A DNA stretch of 64,000 nt from Candidatus Multivorans sp. (GCA_965203495.1 CBDBDB010000016.1:72719-136718); one strand, 5' to 3'. Counted from the stretch's first letter, positions 29,347 through 38,583 are shown. Translations and numbers: made by a program. Notes: generated by a model not told the origin, from the letters alone.

Positions 29347-30927
29347 GTGCGGTTCTTCAACACGACCGGTCCGATCGTCCCGACGCAGCACTACCATGTG
29401 CCGCCGCTCGAACGGCTGCGGCCTGGCCATCTTCTGGCGCTCATTCGCGACCAACGGTACTTCGTGCTCCACGCGCCGCGACAGACCGGCAAGACGACGG
29501 CGCTGCTCGCGCTCCGCGATCTGCTGAACGGAGGAACGGCCGGCGAATACCGCTGCGTCTACCTGAACGTCGAGGCCGGCCAGGCGGCGCGCGAAGACAC
29601 CGCCGCGGCAATGCGGGCAATCCTCTCGAGGCTGGCGAACGCGGCGCGCATCACGCTGGGCGACGAGTCGCTCGCCGCCCTCTGGCCGGAGACGCTCGGC
29701 AGCGCCGGCGCCCACGGCGCCCTGGGCGCCGTTCTGACCCGCTGGTCGGAGACCGGCACGAGTCCGCTCGTGCTTCTCCTCGACGAGGTCGACTCCCTGG
29801 TCGGCGACACTCTCATCTCCCTGCTGCGCCAGTTGCGTGCCGGCTATACCGACCGGCCCGGGCACTTCCCGCAGAGCGTGGTCCTCTGCGGCGTGCGCGA
29901 CGTCCGCGATTACCGCATCCGCTCCGGCGCCGGGAAGGACATCGTCACCGGCGGCAGCGCGTTCAACGTCAAGGCCGAGTCGCTCGTACTGGGCGACTTC
30001 ACCGAGGGCGAAGTCAACGGACTGCTGGACCAGCACGCCAACGAGACTGGCCAGGAATTCACGGGAGACGCCAGGGCCGCGATCTTCCGCCAGACCCAGG
30101 GCCAGCCCTGGCTCGTGAACGCTCTCGCCGCCCGGACCTGTCCGCGCGACACATCGGGAAGCTATGGCACGAGCGCAGTCACCGTGGATGACGTGCTCGC
30201 CGCGCAGGAAGACATCATCATCAGCCGGGAGCCCCATCTCGACCAACTCGCCGACAAGCTCCAGGAAGAACGCGTGCAACGGGTGGTCGGCCCGTTGCTC
30301 TCGGGCGGCGACGAACGAGAGTTCTCGGCTCGCGACACCGAATACGTTCGCGACCTGGGGCTGACCGCGCGGAACGGACCCTTGCGGATCGCGAACCCGA
30401 TCTATGCCGAGGTCATCCCGCGCGAACTGACCCGCGCCGCTCAGGAAGGCCTCGTGCAGGAAGCGGCGTGGTACGTAGAGAACGACGGGGGCCTCGACCT
30501 GCCGCGGCTGCTCACCGCGTTCCAGGAGTTCTTCCGAGAGCACTCCGAGCACTGGATTCCGCGATTCGACTACCGGGAGTCCGGCCCGCAGCTCCTGCTG
30601 CAGGCGTTCCTGCAACGCATCGTCAACGGCGGCGGCCGGATCGAGCGCGAGTACGGCCTGGGGCGGGGCCGCACCGACCTCCTCGTCGTCTGGCCCCGAA
30701 CCGGCGGAACCGACAGATTCGTCATCGAGTGCAAGCTCCTGCGGGGCCGCCTGGAACGCGCAATCAGCCTCGGCCTCAACCAGACCGCGGCCTACATGGA
30801 CCGCTCCGCCGCCACGGCCGGCCACCTGGTCATCTTCGACCGCGCCGAAGAGAAGCCCTGGCGGGAGAAGATCTTCCGGCGCGAGGAACGGGCCGGGGAC
30901 TTGACGATCACCGTCTGGGGCATGTGA
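29347..30927 (+). CDS. AAA-ATPase-like protein with C-terminal PD-(D/E)XK nuclease-like domain (PF09820/PF08011 architecture)
   Basis: Starts MRFFNTTGPIVP... (typical of this family). Walker A APRQTGKTT, Walker B LLLDEVD. C-terminal ...DLLVVWP...FVIECKLL resembles the PD-(D/E)XK core. Confidence 0.78.
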   Translation: MRFFNTTGPIVPTQHYHVPPLERLRPGHLLALIRDQRYFVLHAPRQTGKTTALLALRDLLNGGTAGEYRCVYLNVEAGQAAREDTAAAMRAILSRLANAARITLGDESLAALWPETLGSAGAHGALGAVLTRWSETGTSPLVLLLDEVDSLVGDTLISLLRQLRAGYTDRPGHFPQSVVLCGVRDVRDYRIRSGAGKDIVTGGSAFNVKAESLVLGDFTEGEVNGLLDQHANETGQEFTGDARAAIFRQTQGQPWLVNALAARTCPRDTSGSYGTSAVTVDDVLAAQEDIIISREPHLDQLADKLQEERVQRVVGPLLSGGDEREFSARDTEYVRDLGLTARNGPLRIANPIYAEVIPRELTRAAQEGLVQEAAWYVENDGGLDLPRLLTAFQEFFREHSEHWIPRFDYRESGPQLLLQAFLQRIVNGGGRIEREYGLGRGRTDLLVVWPRTGGTDRFVIECKLLRGRLERAISLGLNQTAAYMDRSAATAGHLVIFDRAEEKPWREKIFRREERAGDLTITVWGM

Positions 30928-31372
30928 CGACGGTCGTGCCGTCGGGCCTGGAAGGCGTCTGGCCCGAACAGACGGCAGCCTGCATGGACCGCTTCGCGGC
31001 GCCGGCCGGCCTACGGTGCGGAGTCTCTTCGCGGCAGAAAATCTCCCGGCGTGAGAAACGGACCCGGGATGGCGACCGGTTGGAGTGTCAGGTTCTGAGA
31101 CCAGGCGCTGGTAGCTTCCGCGACTCGCCTCGACACTGTCGAGCGCACCAAGGCCACCTCAACCTGCGCCTTGGTGAGTCCACCTTGGGGCTGCCGTGCC
31201 TCACCCACTCAAACCGAGGACTTCCCCATGCATCTTGACCTTCAACGACTCTTGACCGGTGTCTCCACCGACTCGTTCGACGACGGAATCCGCATCGACA
31301 CCTGCGTGCCGCGTGTCGCCGGGGTTCACCCCCCGGCCTTCGTTGAGCGTGGCTAGCGACAATCCCCCTTAT

Positions 31373-32849
31373 CAGCCCGTGGCAAAAGTCGGGCTGTCCG
31401 CCGTTTCGGCTATGCGATAGGATGGGTTCATGGCTATGGGCAAAAGGCGTCGTGAGAATCAGGAGCTTCTCTGGGTGTCTGGATCGGCTCTGCCGCGGAG
31501 TTCCGGCCATCCGTTCTACGAGCGTTTGGACCGTGTGCTGGAGTCGAGCGGTTTCGACGAGTTCGTCGAGTCGGAGTGTGCGGGGTTCTACGCGGAGCGG
31601 ATGGGTCGTCCGAGTCTTCCTCCAGGTACGTACTTCCGGTTGTTGATGGTGGGCTTCTTCGAGGGTCTGGATTCGGAGCGGGAGATCGCCTGGCGTGCTC
31701 AGGACTCGTTGAGCATTCGTGGGTTCCTGGGCTTGAGTGTGACGGAGGGTTCGCCGGATCATTCGACGATTTCTCGCACTCGTCGTCTGATCGATCTGGA
31801 GACTCACGGCAAGGTGTTCAGCTGGGTTCTTGAGCGCTTGGCGGAGTCGGGTCTGGTATCGGGGAAGACAGTGGGCGTGGACGCGACGACGCTGGAGGCG
31901 AACGCTGCGCTGCGCAGCATCGTTCGTCGGGATACGGGTTCTGGCTACGAGGAGTTCGTGCGTGGCTTGGCAGAGGCTTCGGGCTTGGCGACGCTGACTC
32001 GTGCGGAGTTGGCTCGTTTCGACCGCAAGCGGAAGAAGAAGCTGTCGAACGAGGAGTGGGAGAATCCTCACGATCCGGATGCCGAGGTCACGAAGATGAA
32101 GGATGGCCGCACGCACCTCGCGTACAAGGCGGAGCAGGCGGTGGACCTGGAGAGCGGGGCCATTCTGGGTGTGACGCTGCATGGCGGCGCCAAGGGAGAC
32201 ACGGAGTCGGTCCACGAGACGTTGGAGGAGACGTTCGAGCAGGTGGAGTCGGCAGTCGGCGATTCGTCGGTGATCGAGGAAGTGATTGCGGACAAGGGCT
32301 ACCACAGCAACGACGTTCTCGCCTCCATCGACGAGTTGGAGCTTCGCAGCTACATCGCGGAGCCGGACCGTGGTCGTCGTCGTTGGACAGGCAAGAAGGA
32401 CTTGCAAGCCATCGTGTACGCGAACCGTCGGCGGGTCCGCGGCAATCGGGGCAAGCGGCTGCAGCGCCGGCGCGGCGAGCGCGTCGAACGTCCCTTCGCT
32501 CACCAGTTCGAGACCGGCGGCATGCGGCGCTTGCATCTGCGCGGCCGCGACAACGCGCTCAAGCGCCTTTACATTCATTCCTGCGGCTTCAATCTCGGTC
32601 TCCTGATGAGGAGCCTCGCGGGAGTCGGCACGCCACGATCGCTGCAGGGCCGTGTCACGGCAACTCTGGGCGCCCAGACTGGCTTGCTTGCAGCGTTCAC
32701 AGCCCGATTCGACGGGCTGATGCAGTCGATCTGCGCCTCTTGGCGCGCACATCGCCTCGGCTTCCAACTTTGCGTCGCGTAGCGCTGCCCAGACTCAGCC
32801 TCGAAGCAGCAGTGGCACTCCGGGCCGAATCCACTTTTGCCACGGGCTG
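31373..32849. mobile_element. intact insertion sequence, IS5/IS1182-type (IS4/IS5 superfamily), 1477 bp
   Basis: Perfect 17-bp TIRs CAGCCCGTGGCAAAAGT (31373-31389 and 32833-32849 reverse-complemented). Flanked by a 4-bp direct repeat TTAT (31369-31372 and 32850-32853). A single transposase ORF lies inside. Confidence 0.85.
31430..32782 (+). CDS. IS5/IS1182-family DDE transposase
   Basis: 450 aa. Similarity to IS4/IS5/IS1182 transposases (N-terminal DNA-binding region, ...VGVDATTLEANAA..., ...IADKGYHS... DDE region). Lies between the TIRs. Confidence 0.88.
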   Translation: MAMGKRRRENQELLWVSGSALPRSSGHPFYERLDRVLESSGFDEFVESECAGFYAERMGRPSLPPGTYFRLLMVGFFEGLDSEREIAWRAQDSLSIRGFLGLSVTEGSPDHSTISRTRRLIDLETHGKVFSWVLERLAESGLVSGKTVGVDATTLEANAALRSIVRRDTGSGYEEFVRGLAEASGLATLTRAELARFDRKRKKKLSNEEWENPHDPDAEVTKMKDGRTHLAYKAEQAVDLESGAILGVTLHGGAKGDTESVHETLEETFEQVESAVGDSSVIEEVIADKGYHSNDVLASIDELELRSYIAEPDRGRRRWTGKKDLQAIVYANRRRVRGNRGKRLQRRRGERVERPFAHQFETGGMRRLHLRGRDNALKRLYIHSCGFNLGLLMRSLAGVGTPRSLQGRVTATLGAQTGLLAAFTARFDGLMQSICASWRAHRLGFQLCVA

Positions 32850-32985
32850 TTATGACTAGTCAAACAACGCCCGTCAAGCACCGATAGGCAACCGTCCGCA
32901 AGCGCCCGCAAGCGGACACGTGATAGAGTGCTGTTGCGCTGTCAAGCACTGGAGCGCGGCGGCTGCCGGATAGGAGGCTGATCCG

Positions 32986-33171
32986 TTGCCCGCAAGCTAC
33001 TACCCCGACACGCTGACCGTGCGGCTGCCGCCCGGCAGCCGCGATCGCGTGGTTGCCCAAGCCGCTGCGAGCGGCCAGTCGCCCGCCGACTGGCTGCGCG
33101 CCGTGATCCGCCGCGCCGTGGAGTCCGCCGAGCGCCGACGCAAGGCCGCCAACCGCGAGGCCGCATCGTGA
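32986..33171 (+). CDS. ribbon-helix-helix (CopG/Arc/ParD-like) DNA-binding protein
   Basis: 61 aa. TTG start with strong SD TAGGAGG 8 nt upstream. LTVRLPPGSRDRVVAQAAASGQSPADWLRAVIRRAVE resembles the RHH fold (beta strand, helix, helix). Confidence 0.6.
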   Translation: MPASYYPDTLTVRLPPGSRDRVVAQAAASGQSPADWLRAVIRRAVESAERRRKAANREAAS

Positions 33172-33401
33172 GCGCAACCGACACGCTCCGCACGGCCCGG
33201 ACGCTGACCGAGGCCGGAGTTCCCGATCGGCAGGCCGACGCCCACGCTCGGGCAATCGAAGACGCCGCCGCCGACGTTCTGACCCGCGTTGCGACCCGCG
33301 AAGACCTGGCGCAGATGCGCGATCAACTGACATGGCGGCTACTCGGCGGCCTGGGCGCGCTCCTCGCCCTGTTCCGCCTGTCGGAATGGCTGGCTCCGTG
33401 A
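33168..33401 (+). CDS. DUF1640-family coiled-coil protein with C-terminal TM helix
   Basis: 77 aa. GTG overlaps the RHH stop (GTGA). Pattern TLRTARTLTEAGVP...REDLAQMRDQLTWRLLGGLGALLALFRL matches DUF1640 proteins. Confidence 0.55.
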   Translation: MSATDTLRTARTLTEAGVPDRQADAHARAIEDAAADVLTRVATREDLAQMRDQLTWRLLGGLGALLALFRLSEWLAP

Positions 33402-33486
33402 TCGTCGGCGCTGTGGTCGCCTTGCTCCGACCCTGACGGTGAGCGGCGACCGCTGCCCGGAACACTTTGGGTAAAAGAGGGTTCGG

Positions 33487-33624
33487 ATGACTACTATTGT
33501 GATCGCTTGGCTTTTGTTCTCTGCTGGAATACTGCTGATGATCGCCAAGAAGCGCCGTGAAAGCAGTGGCCGTCAGAATTCGGCGCTGGGTTGGGCGATA
33601 AAGAACGCATTGAAGCGCCAGTAA
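33487..33624 (+). CDS. small hydrophobic peptide (45 aa; MTTIVIAWLLFSAGILLMIAKKRRESSGRQNSALGWAIKNALKRQ) in an AT-rich patch
   Basis: Not in the ORF track (below 60 aa). SD AAGAGGG 6 nt upstream of the ATG. Single TM helix followed by a basic tail. Local GC is far below the window average. Confidence 0.35.
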   Translation: MTTIVIAWLLFSAGILLMIAKKRRESSGRQNSALGWAIKNALKRQ

Positions 33625-33719
33625 ACCGCCGATCAGCCGGAGGCTGGCCGACCGCGCCTGCGCGGCACCGTTCTCGCCCCGGACCGTAGGAAGCGCGCCG
33701 CGGACGTAGTGCGGCGTCG

Positions 33720-34451
33720 TCACGATGCGGTGCCGTAGCGCAGTCTGGCGACGGCGCCGCGGCCTGCCAGTTCGGCCCGTGCGTGGCCGGTCGCCGTCCG
33801 CGCATCGCGCCAGCGGCCTGCCTGCATGAGTTCGGCGGTCGAGCCGCCCGCCCGGACGATGGACTGCGCCGACCCGACCCGCAGGGAGTGTCCGCTGACG
33901 CGCCCGGTGACGCCCGCGGCTTCGGCCCGGCGCCGGACGATGGAGCGGACGGACTGGGCCGTGAGGCCATCGCCGGACGGCAGCGGCTGGCCGCCGCGGC
34001 CCAGGCGTCGGAACAGCGGCCCGTCGGCGATGCCTGCCGCGTCCTGCCAGCGCTGGATCGCCCGCATGGTCGGCGCCCCGACGAACAGCACGGCGCCCTC
34101 GGCATCCTGATCCGTCTTCGAGCGCCGGACGGTGAGGCGGCCGGTTCCGTCGCCCGCGTCTTCGAGGTCGGCGACCTGGACGGCTGACGCTTCGCTGACG
34201 CGCAGGAATCCGTCAGACATGAGCCTGAGGATGGCGGCGTCGCGCAGGCCCGCAGGGCTGCCGTCGGCTGCTGCCAGCACGGCGGCGGCTTCGCGCGTCC
34301 GGTGTCGGCGCCCCGCACTCACCCTTCCCCCCTCGACTACGAGCAACTGGGACCGCCCCGGCTGCCCCTGACCGCTACGACTGCTTACCACCGGAAGGAG
34401 AACGAGGAGGAGCACTCCCGTACACCAGAAACACGGCCGAAAGTGGCTCAC
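33720..34451 (-). CDS. tyrosine recombinase/phage integrase, catalytic domain only (probably 5'-truncated)
   Basis: Integrase-family catalytic region (box I Arg around LTVRRSKTDQ, HSLRVGSAQ box II, LMQAGRW, and C-terminal ...VARLRYG nucleophile region). The N-terminal SAM-like/core-binding domain is missing. The N-terminal 70 aa of the ORF are not integrase-like. Confidence 0.6.
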   Translation of the reverse strand: MSHFRPCFWCTGVLLLVLLPVVSSRSGQGQPGRSQLLVVEGGRVSAGRRHRTREAAAVLAAADGSPAGLRDAAILRLMSDGFLRVSEASAVQVADLEDAGDGTGRLTVRRSKTDQDAEGAVLFVGAPTMRAIQRWQDAAGIADGPLFRRLGRGGQPLPSGDGLTAQSVRSIVRRRAEAAGVTGRVSGHSLRVGSAQSIVRAGGSTAELMQAGRWRDARTATGHARAELAGRGAVARLRYGTAS

Positions 34452-34465
34452 TTCCTGAGCGGCGT

Positions 34466-34879
34466 TTGGCTCACTTTCTGACCGTTGCTGCCAACGACGC
34501 GGTGGAGGAAGCGCTGGCCGACCTGGTGACCCGTGCCGACCTGTACCGTGCCCTGCCGATTCAGACTGCGGCGAACGCCGCCGTGGTCGGCGGACTGCTG
34601 GCGTTGTTCCGGCTGATCCCGCAAGCGGTCGCCCGGAATCCCGAGCCGACCCCTACCTACCCCACCGGCGCCAGCCGCGATACCGGCTCGAATCCGGTTC
34701 TTCGAGGCGCGGATGACGGACTGGCCCGCCCCGATGCCCGCCGTGCTGGACGCACTGGAGCGGGCCGGACTGCCGCCCGGCGAGACCCGCCGCCCATCGG
34801 GGAGCCGAGGTGCGGTACGGCCGACACGGGAGCCTCGCGGGACCGGCAGCTCTGCTGCCGCCTGCCCATCCTCATGTGA
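34466..34879 (+). pseudogene. partial second DUF1640-like copy (C-terminal half only), fused to non-conserved sequence
   Basis: ALADLVTRADLYRALPIQTAANAAVVGGLLALFRLIP is homologous to the C-terminus of the 33168..33401 product but has diverged at the nucleotide level. Lacks the N-terminal half. Confidence 0.3.
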
Positions 34880-35006
34880 AGCAGGACGTTTTCGGTTGCC
34901 GCCATTTCGGTTGCCGTTGAAACGCGCACCGGCGGGGACGAACCGCACCGTCCGCAATGACCAAGGAGGACGATGCTCCCATTGGCCGGTGTGCCGAGCG
35001 CGATGG

Positions 35007-36608
35007 TCACCCTGCCGGCAGTTGACCCGCCACATGGGCGGCGAACCCCGACCCCGCCTCCTCGTAGACGTTGAACACGGTCGATACGCCGGCCTGTTCG
35101 AGCGGCTCGACCTCGTCCTCGAACCAGGCCGCGGCAGTGACCCGACCGCTGAACGCGGCAGCCCTCGCCTGTTCGAGAACAGCGAGATTGGCGGCCAGGT
35201 TCGGCAACGTCAGCATGACCAGTTCGAGAGAATGGGCGGATTCGACGCGATCCCAGAAGTCAGCATCGGCGGCATCGCCCAAGAGCACGTTGCGGCCCGC
35301 TGCCCGATGCCGCCGTACAGCGATCGGATCGGTGTCGACGCCAACGACGCCCGCGCCCTCCAGTCGATGCATCGTGTCATAGGCGCCGGCCCCGATACTG
35401 CCCATGCCGATGACGGCCACTCTCGCCTGCCCGATATCGAGGCGCCGGTCATCCGAGAGGCGCCCCTGCCGCTGCAGGCGTCTCCAGACGTTCCTGTACC
35501 GGGCGTAGAGCCGATGGCCCACTGCGTCAAGGCCAGCGGATATCGCGCAGGACAGGGACAGCGCGATTGCGATGACGATCAGCCAGTCGGCGTCGATCCA
35601 GCCATTCGCAACGCCGATGGCCGCGACGATGAGCCCGAACTCACTGAAATTGCCAAGATTGATCGAGGCGAGCAGGGCCGTGCGGGCCTGAAGCCGGAAC
35701 GCCGTCAGCAGGGCCAGAAACAGGCCGGACTTGAGGAACACGAACGGCGCGGCCGCCGTGCCGACCAGGACCGTCTCCAGAGTCAGCCGACCCGACAGAC
35801 CGACGGAAAGGAAGAATGCAAGCAGAAGAAGATCCTTGAAGCCGAGCATCGCCTTTGCCATTTCATCCGCCTTGGCGTGGCCGGCGATCAGAACGCCCAG
35901 CACCAGTGCGCCCAGGTCGCCCTTGAGTCCGACCAGCTCGAACAGCCGCGCGCCGCCCAGGGCAAGCAGAAAGCCGTAGAGGATCAGGAGTTCGCCGTGG
36001 CCGACGCGGCGAAGCAAAAGGACCAGAAGCGGACGGAGCGGAAGGACGAGCATGACCAGAGGCGCCCAGTAGGTCGGCCACTGCCCAACGGAGACGGCGA
36101 GAAAGGCGACGGCCGCCAGATCCTGAACGATGAGAATTCCGATCGCGATCCGGCCGTGAAGCGCAGTGGTCTGCCCCTTGTCTTCCAGGACCTTCACGAC
36201 AAACACGGTGCTGGAAAAGCTCAAGGTGAAGGCGATCAGGAGGGAACGGGCAAGATCGAGGCCGGAAAAGAGGGATGTTCCCAGGACGGCAAGCGCATAA
36301 GCGGCCGTGGCGAACAGGAAAACGACAATCGCCATGTGCAGACCGGCGACGGCCCAGACCTGAGGCCGCGCAAAGGTTCGGAGATTGAGCTTCAAGCCGA
36401 CCGCAAACAGCAACACGGTGATGCCCAGGTCCGACAGCTCCCGGAGCATGTCCCCGCCCGAAACTCCGTAAAGGTTGAGCAGGAATCCCGTGGCCAGGAA
36501 CCCGACCAGCGGCGGCAGTCCGACCGTTCTGGACAGGAGCCCCAGAGCAAACGCCATGGCGATCCACGCCACGTCGCCGAAGTCGGTCACGATCAGCTGG
36601 AAGTCCAC
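35007..36608 (-). CDS. monovalent cation:proton antiporter-2 (CPA2, KefB-like) with C-terminal RCK/TrkA-N domain
   Basis: N-terminal TM1 aligns with KefB (AMAFALGLLSRTVGLPPLVGFLATGFLLN). About 12 TM helices. C-terminal Rossmann VAVIGMGSIGAGAYDTM (TrkA-N). GTG start at 36608 chosen from alignment. MITE copy B abuts it upstream. Confidence 0.82.
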   Translation of the reverse strand: MDFQLIVTDFGDVAWIAMAFALGLLSRTVGLPPLVGFLATGFLLNLYGVSGGDMLRELSDLGITVLLFAVGLKLNLRTFARPQVWAVAGLHMAIVVFLFATAAYALAVLGTSLFSGLDLARSLLIAFTLSFSSTVFVVKVLEDKGQTTALHGRIAIGILIVQDLAAVAFLAVSVGQWPTYWAPLVMLVLPLRPLLVLLLRRVGHGELLILYGFLLALGGARLFELVGLKGDLGALVLGVLIAGHAKADEMAKAMLGFKDLLLLAFFLSVGLSGRLTLETVLVGTAAAPFVFLKSGLFLALLTAFRLQARTALLASINLGNFSEFGLIVAAIGVANGWIDADWLIVIAIALSLSCAISAGLDAVGHRLYARYRNVWRRLQRQGRLSDDRRLDIGQARVAVIGMGSIGAGAYDTMHRLEGAGVVGVDTDPIAVRRHRAAGRNVLLGDAADADFWDRVESAHSLELVMLTLPNLAANLAVLEQARAAAFSGRVTAAAWFEDEVEPLEQAGVSTVFNVYEEAGSGFAAHVAGQLPAG

Positions 36609-36623
36609 GACGCGGACCGTCAG

Positions 36624-36781
36624 CAGCCCGTGGTGGACGAGCGCGTCGCGCCGAGAGCGGTCAGACGCCCGTCCGGCAAGGAGCGACGAGGGAGCCTGCC
36701 GGTCCAACCTCGATCGAGGAGCAACGGTGCCGGGCAGGGTGGTTGACCGCTCGAATGCAGCACGACGTTCACCAGGGGCCT
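36624..36781. repeat. MITE-like nonautonomous element, copy B (about 158 bp), with a more degraded right terminus
   Basis: Aligns base-for-base with 3359-3516 at about 78-80% identity. Begins CAGCCCGTGGTGGA... and overlaps the 5' UTR/start region of the antiporter gene. Confidence 0.6.
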
Positions 36782-36787
36782 CTAGGT

Positions 36788-37582
36788 CTAGGCGAGCGCA
36801 ACAGCCACGTCAGCCAGCCGAACGCCCAGGCGGGCCGTCCGAAGGCGGATCTTCACCAGCGGAACAAGGGCCGAAGGACGCATCAGGGCTCCTCGAACGA
36901 CCGGACCCAGCGGCATGCCCCCGTCGGGCGCCGGCACGCGCTCGAGCCACGACGGAAGTCTATCCGCCGCCGTGTCGCTGATCGCCCGCACCGCGGCGAA
37001 GGGAACGTCGGCCCGCTGAAGCACCCGGGCCGCCGCCCAGCTCTCCATGTCGACGGCGGTCCGGGGGAGGGCGCCGGCGCGCCGCCAAAGCGCCTCGCGC
37101 GACGACGCGGTGACCGCAAGACCAGGCGCCGTGACCAGAACGCCGCGGCGACAACCCCGCGCCGCGGCCGCCTCGATCAGGGTCTCGTCGCCGCTCATGG
37201 ACGGCTGGTCCGGCGCCATCACCGTCCGGCCGACGACCAGATCGCCCACCTCGAGGTCCGGCGACAGGGCGCCGGCGACGCCAAGCCAGACCACCCTGCC
37301 GCAGGCGCCGCGGGCAGCCAGGCGAACGCAGCGTTCGGCGGCCCGCCGCGCCGACCGCTCGCCGACCCCGCAAACCGCCACCTGGACGGACCGGTCTCCG
37401 ATGCGGCCTCGAACAGCCGCGGTGGCCGCGCCATCCTCGACGCGCGAGGCGTCCGCCACGCGGCGCAACAGGGTCGAAGCCTCCGACTTCATCGCGGCGA
37501 GGTAGACGGTCGGCCCTCCAGAGGCCGGCGGGGACGCCGGCGAAGCCAGTGCGGGACCCCGCGTGCCGCCCGTCGTCGTCAC
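36788..37582 (-). CDS. hpnG: hopanoid-associated phosphorylase (PNP/MTA-nucleosidase family), HpnG-like
   Basis: PNP_UDP_1-type motifs (TVYLAAMKSEA..., AVCGVGE, TAVDMESWAAARV). GTG start at 37582 overlaps the hpnA stop (GTGA). Alternative ATG at 37492. Confidence 0.7.
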   Translation of the reverse strand: MTTTGGTRGPALASPASPPASGGPTVYLAAMKSEASTLLRRVADASRVEDGAATAAVRGRIGDRSVQVAVCGVGERSARRAAERCVRLAARGACGRVVWLGVAGALSPDLEVGDLVVGRTVMAPDQPSMSGDETLIEAAAARGCRRGVLVTAPGLAVTASSREALWRRAGALPRTAVDMESWAAARVLQRADVPFAAVRAISDTAADRLPSWLERVPAPDGGMPLGPVVRGALMRPSALVPLVKIRLRTARLGVRLADVAVALA

Positions 37583-38583
37583 CGACGCGGCCCCGCCTTC
37601 ACGTAACCGTTCCGCTCGAACCACCGCACGGCGCGCCGGAGCGCGTCTTCGATCGGACTCTGGACGAGGCCGAGCTCCCGAACCGCCTTGTCGGCGTCGA
37701 AGAACATCCTGTGGCGCGCCATGCGCGCACTGTCGAGAGCGATGCGCGGTTCACCCCCGGCCAGCCGCGCCCAGCCGGTCGCCAGGGCCGCGAAGCCGAT
37801 CGGCAGCCAGTGCGGCAGCCGCAGGCGCGGCGCTTCGATCCCCGTGATGTCCGCCAGCATCCGCAGCATCTCGATCAGGGTGACGTTGCGGTGGCCGAGA
37901 ATGTACTTCTCGCCGACGCGGCCGCGCTCCGCGGCCAGCAGGTGGCCCCGGGCCACATCGTGCACGTCGATCAGGTTGAGCCCGGTGTCGACGGTCGCCG
38001 GCATGCGCCGAGCCAGGAAGTCGACGATGATCCGCCCGGTCGGCGTCGGCTTGACGTCCAGTTCGCCAACCGGCGTCGACGGGTTCACGATGACGACCGG
38101 CACGCCGTCCGCGGCCGCCTCGACGGCGACGCGCTCGGCCTGGTGCTTGCTGCGCTTGTAGTGCCCGACCATCGCCCCGACGCGGACGGGAGTCGTCTCG
38201 GTCGCGGGGAGGCCGTCCGGTTCCAGACCGAGCGCACCCACCGAACTCGTGTAGACGATTCGTTCCGCTCCCGCCTCGGCCGCCGCCGCCAGCAGGTGGC
38301 GCGTGCCGTCGACGTTCGAGGCGTAGAGGTCACGCGGGCGGCGGGCGAACAGACGGTAGTCGGCGGCACAGTGGTAGACCTCGCCGCAACCCGCGCAGGC
38401 TGCCCGGAGACTTGCGGGATTCCGCAGATCCCCCTCGACGACCTCCACGTCGCAGCCCTCGAGGTTCGAGCGGTTTCCGCCCGGCCGCGCCAGGCAACGA
38501 ACGCGGTCCCCGCCGCGAGCGAGCAACGCCCGGACCACGTGCGCGCCGACGAACCCGGCGCCGCCCGTGACGAGGACCGTCAC
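37579..38583 (-). CDS. hpnA: hopanoid-associated NAD-dependent sugar epimerase/dehydratase HpnA
   Basis: MTVLVTGGAGFVGAHVVRAL Rossmann start and SDR-extended epimerase core (YxxxK: YKRSKHQAE). Sits between hpnH and hpnG. Confidence 0.85.
   Translation of the reverse strand: MTVLVTGGAGFVGAHVVRALLARGGDRVRCLARPGGNRSNLEGCDVEVVEGDLRNPASLRAACAGCGEVYHCAADYRLFARRPRDLYASNVDGTRHLLAAAAEAGAERIVYTSSVGALGLEPDGLPATETTPVRVGAMVGHYKRSKHQAERVAVEAAADGVPVVIVNPSTPVGELDVKPTPTGRIIVDFLARRMPATVDTGLNLIDVHDVARGHLLAAERGRVGEKYILGHRNVTLIEMLRMLADITGIEAPRLRLPHWLPIGFAALATGWARLAGGEPRIALDSARMARHRMFFDADKAVRELGLVQSPIEDALRRAVRWFERNGYVKAGPRR

Noticed and set aside
34448-35035. 195-aa minus-strand ORF upstream of the integrase fragment (possible missing integrase N-terminus)
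   Set aside because: Translation (Gly/Arg-rich, no SAM-like core-binding features) does not resemble integrase N-domains. More likely non-coding remnant sequence.
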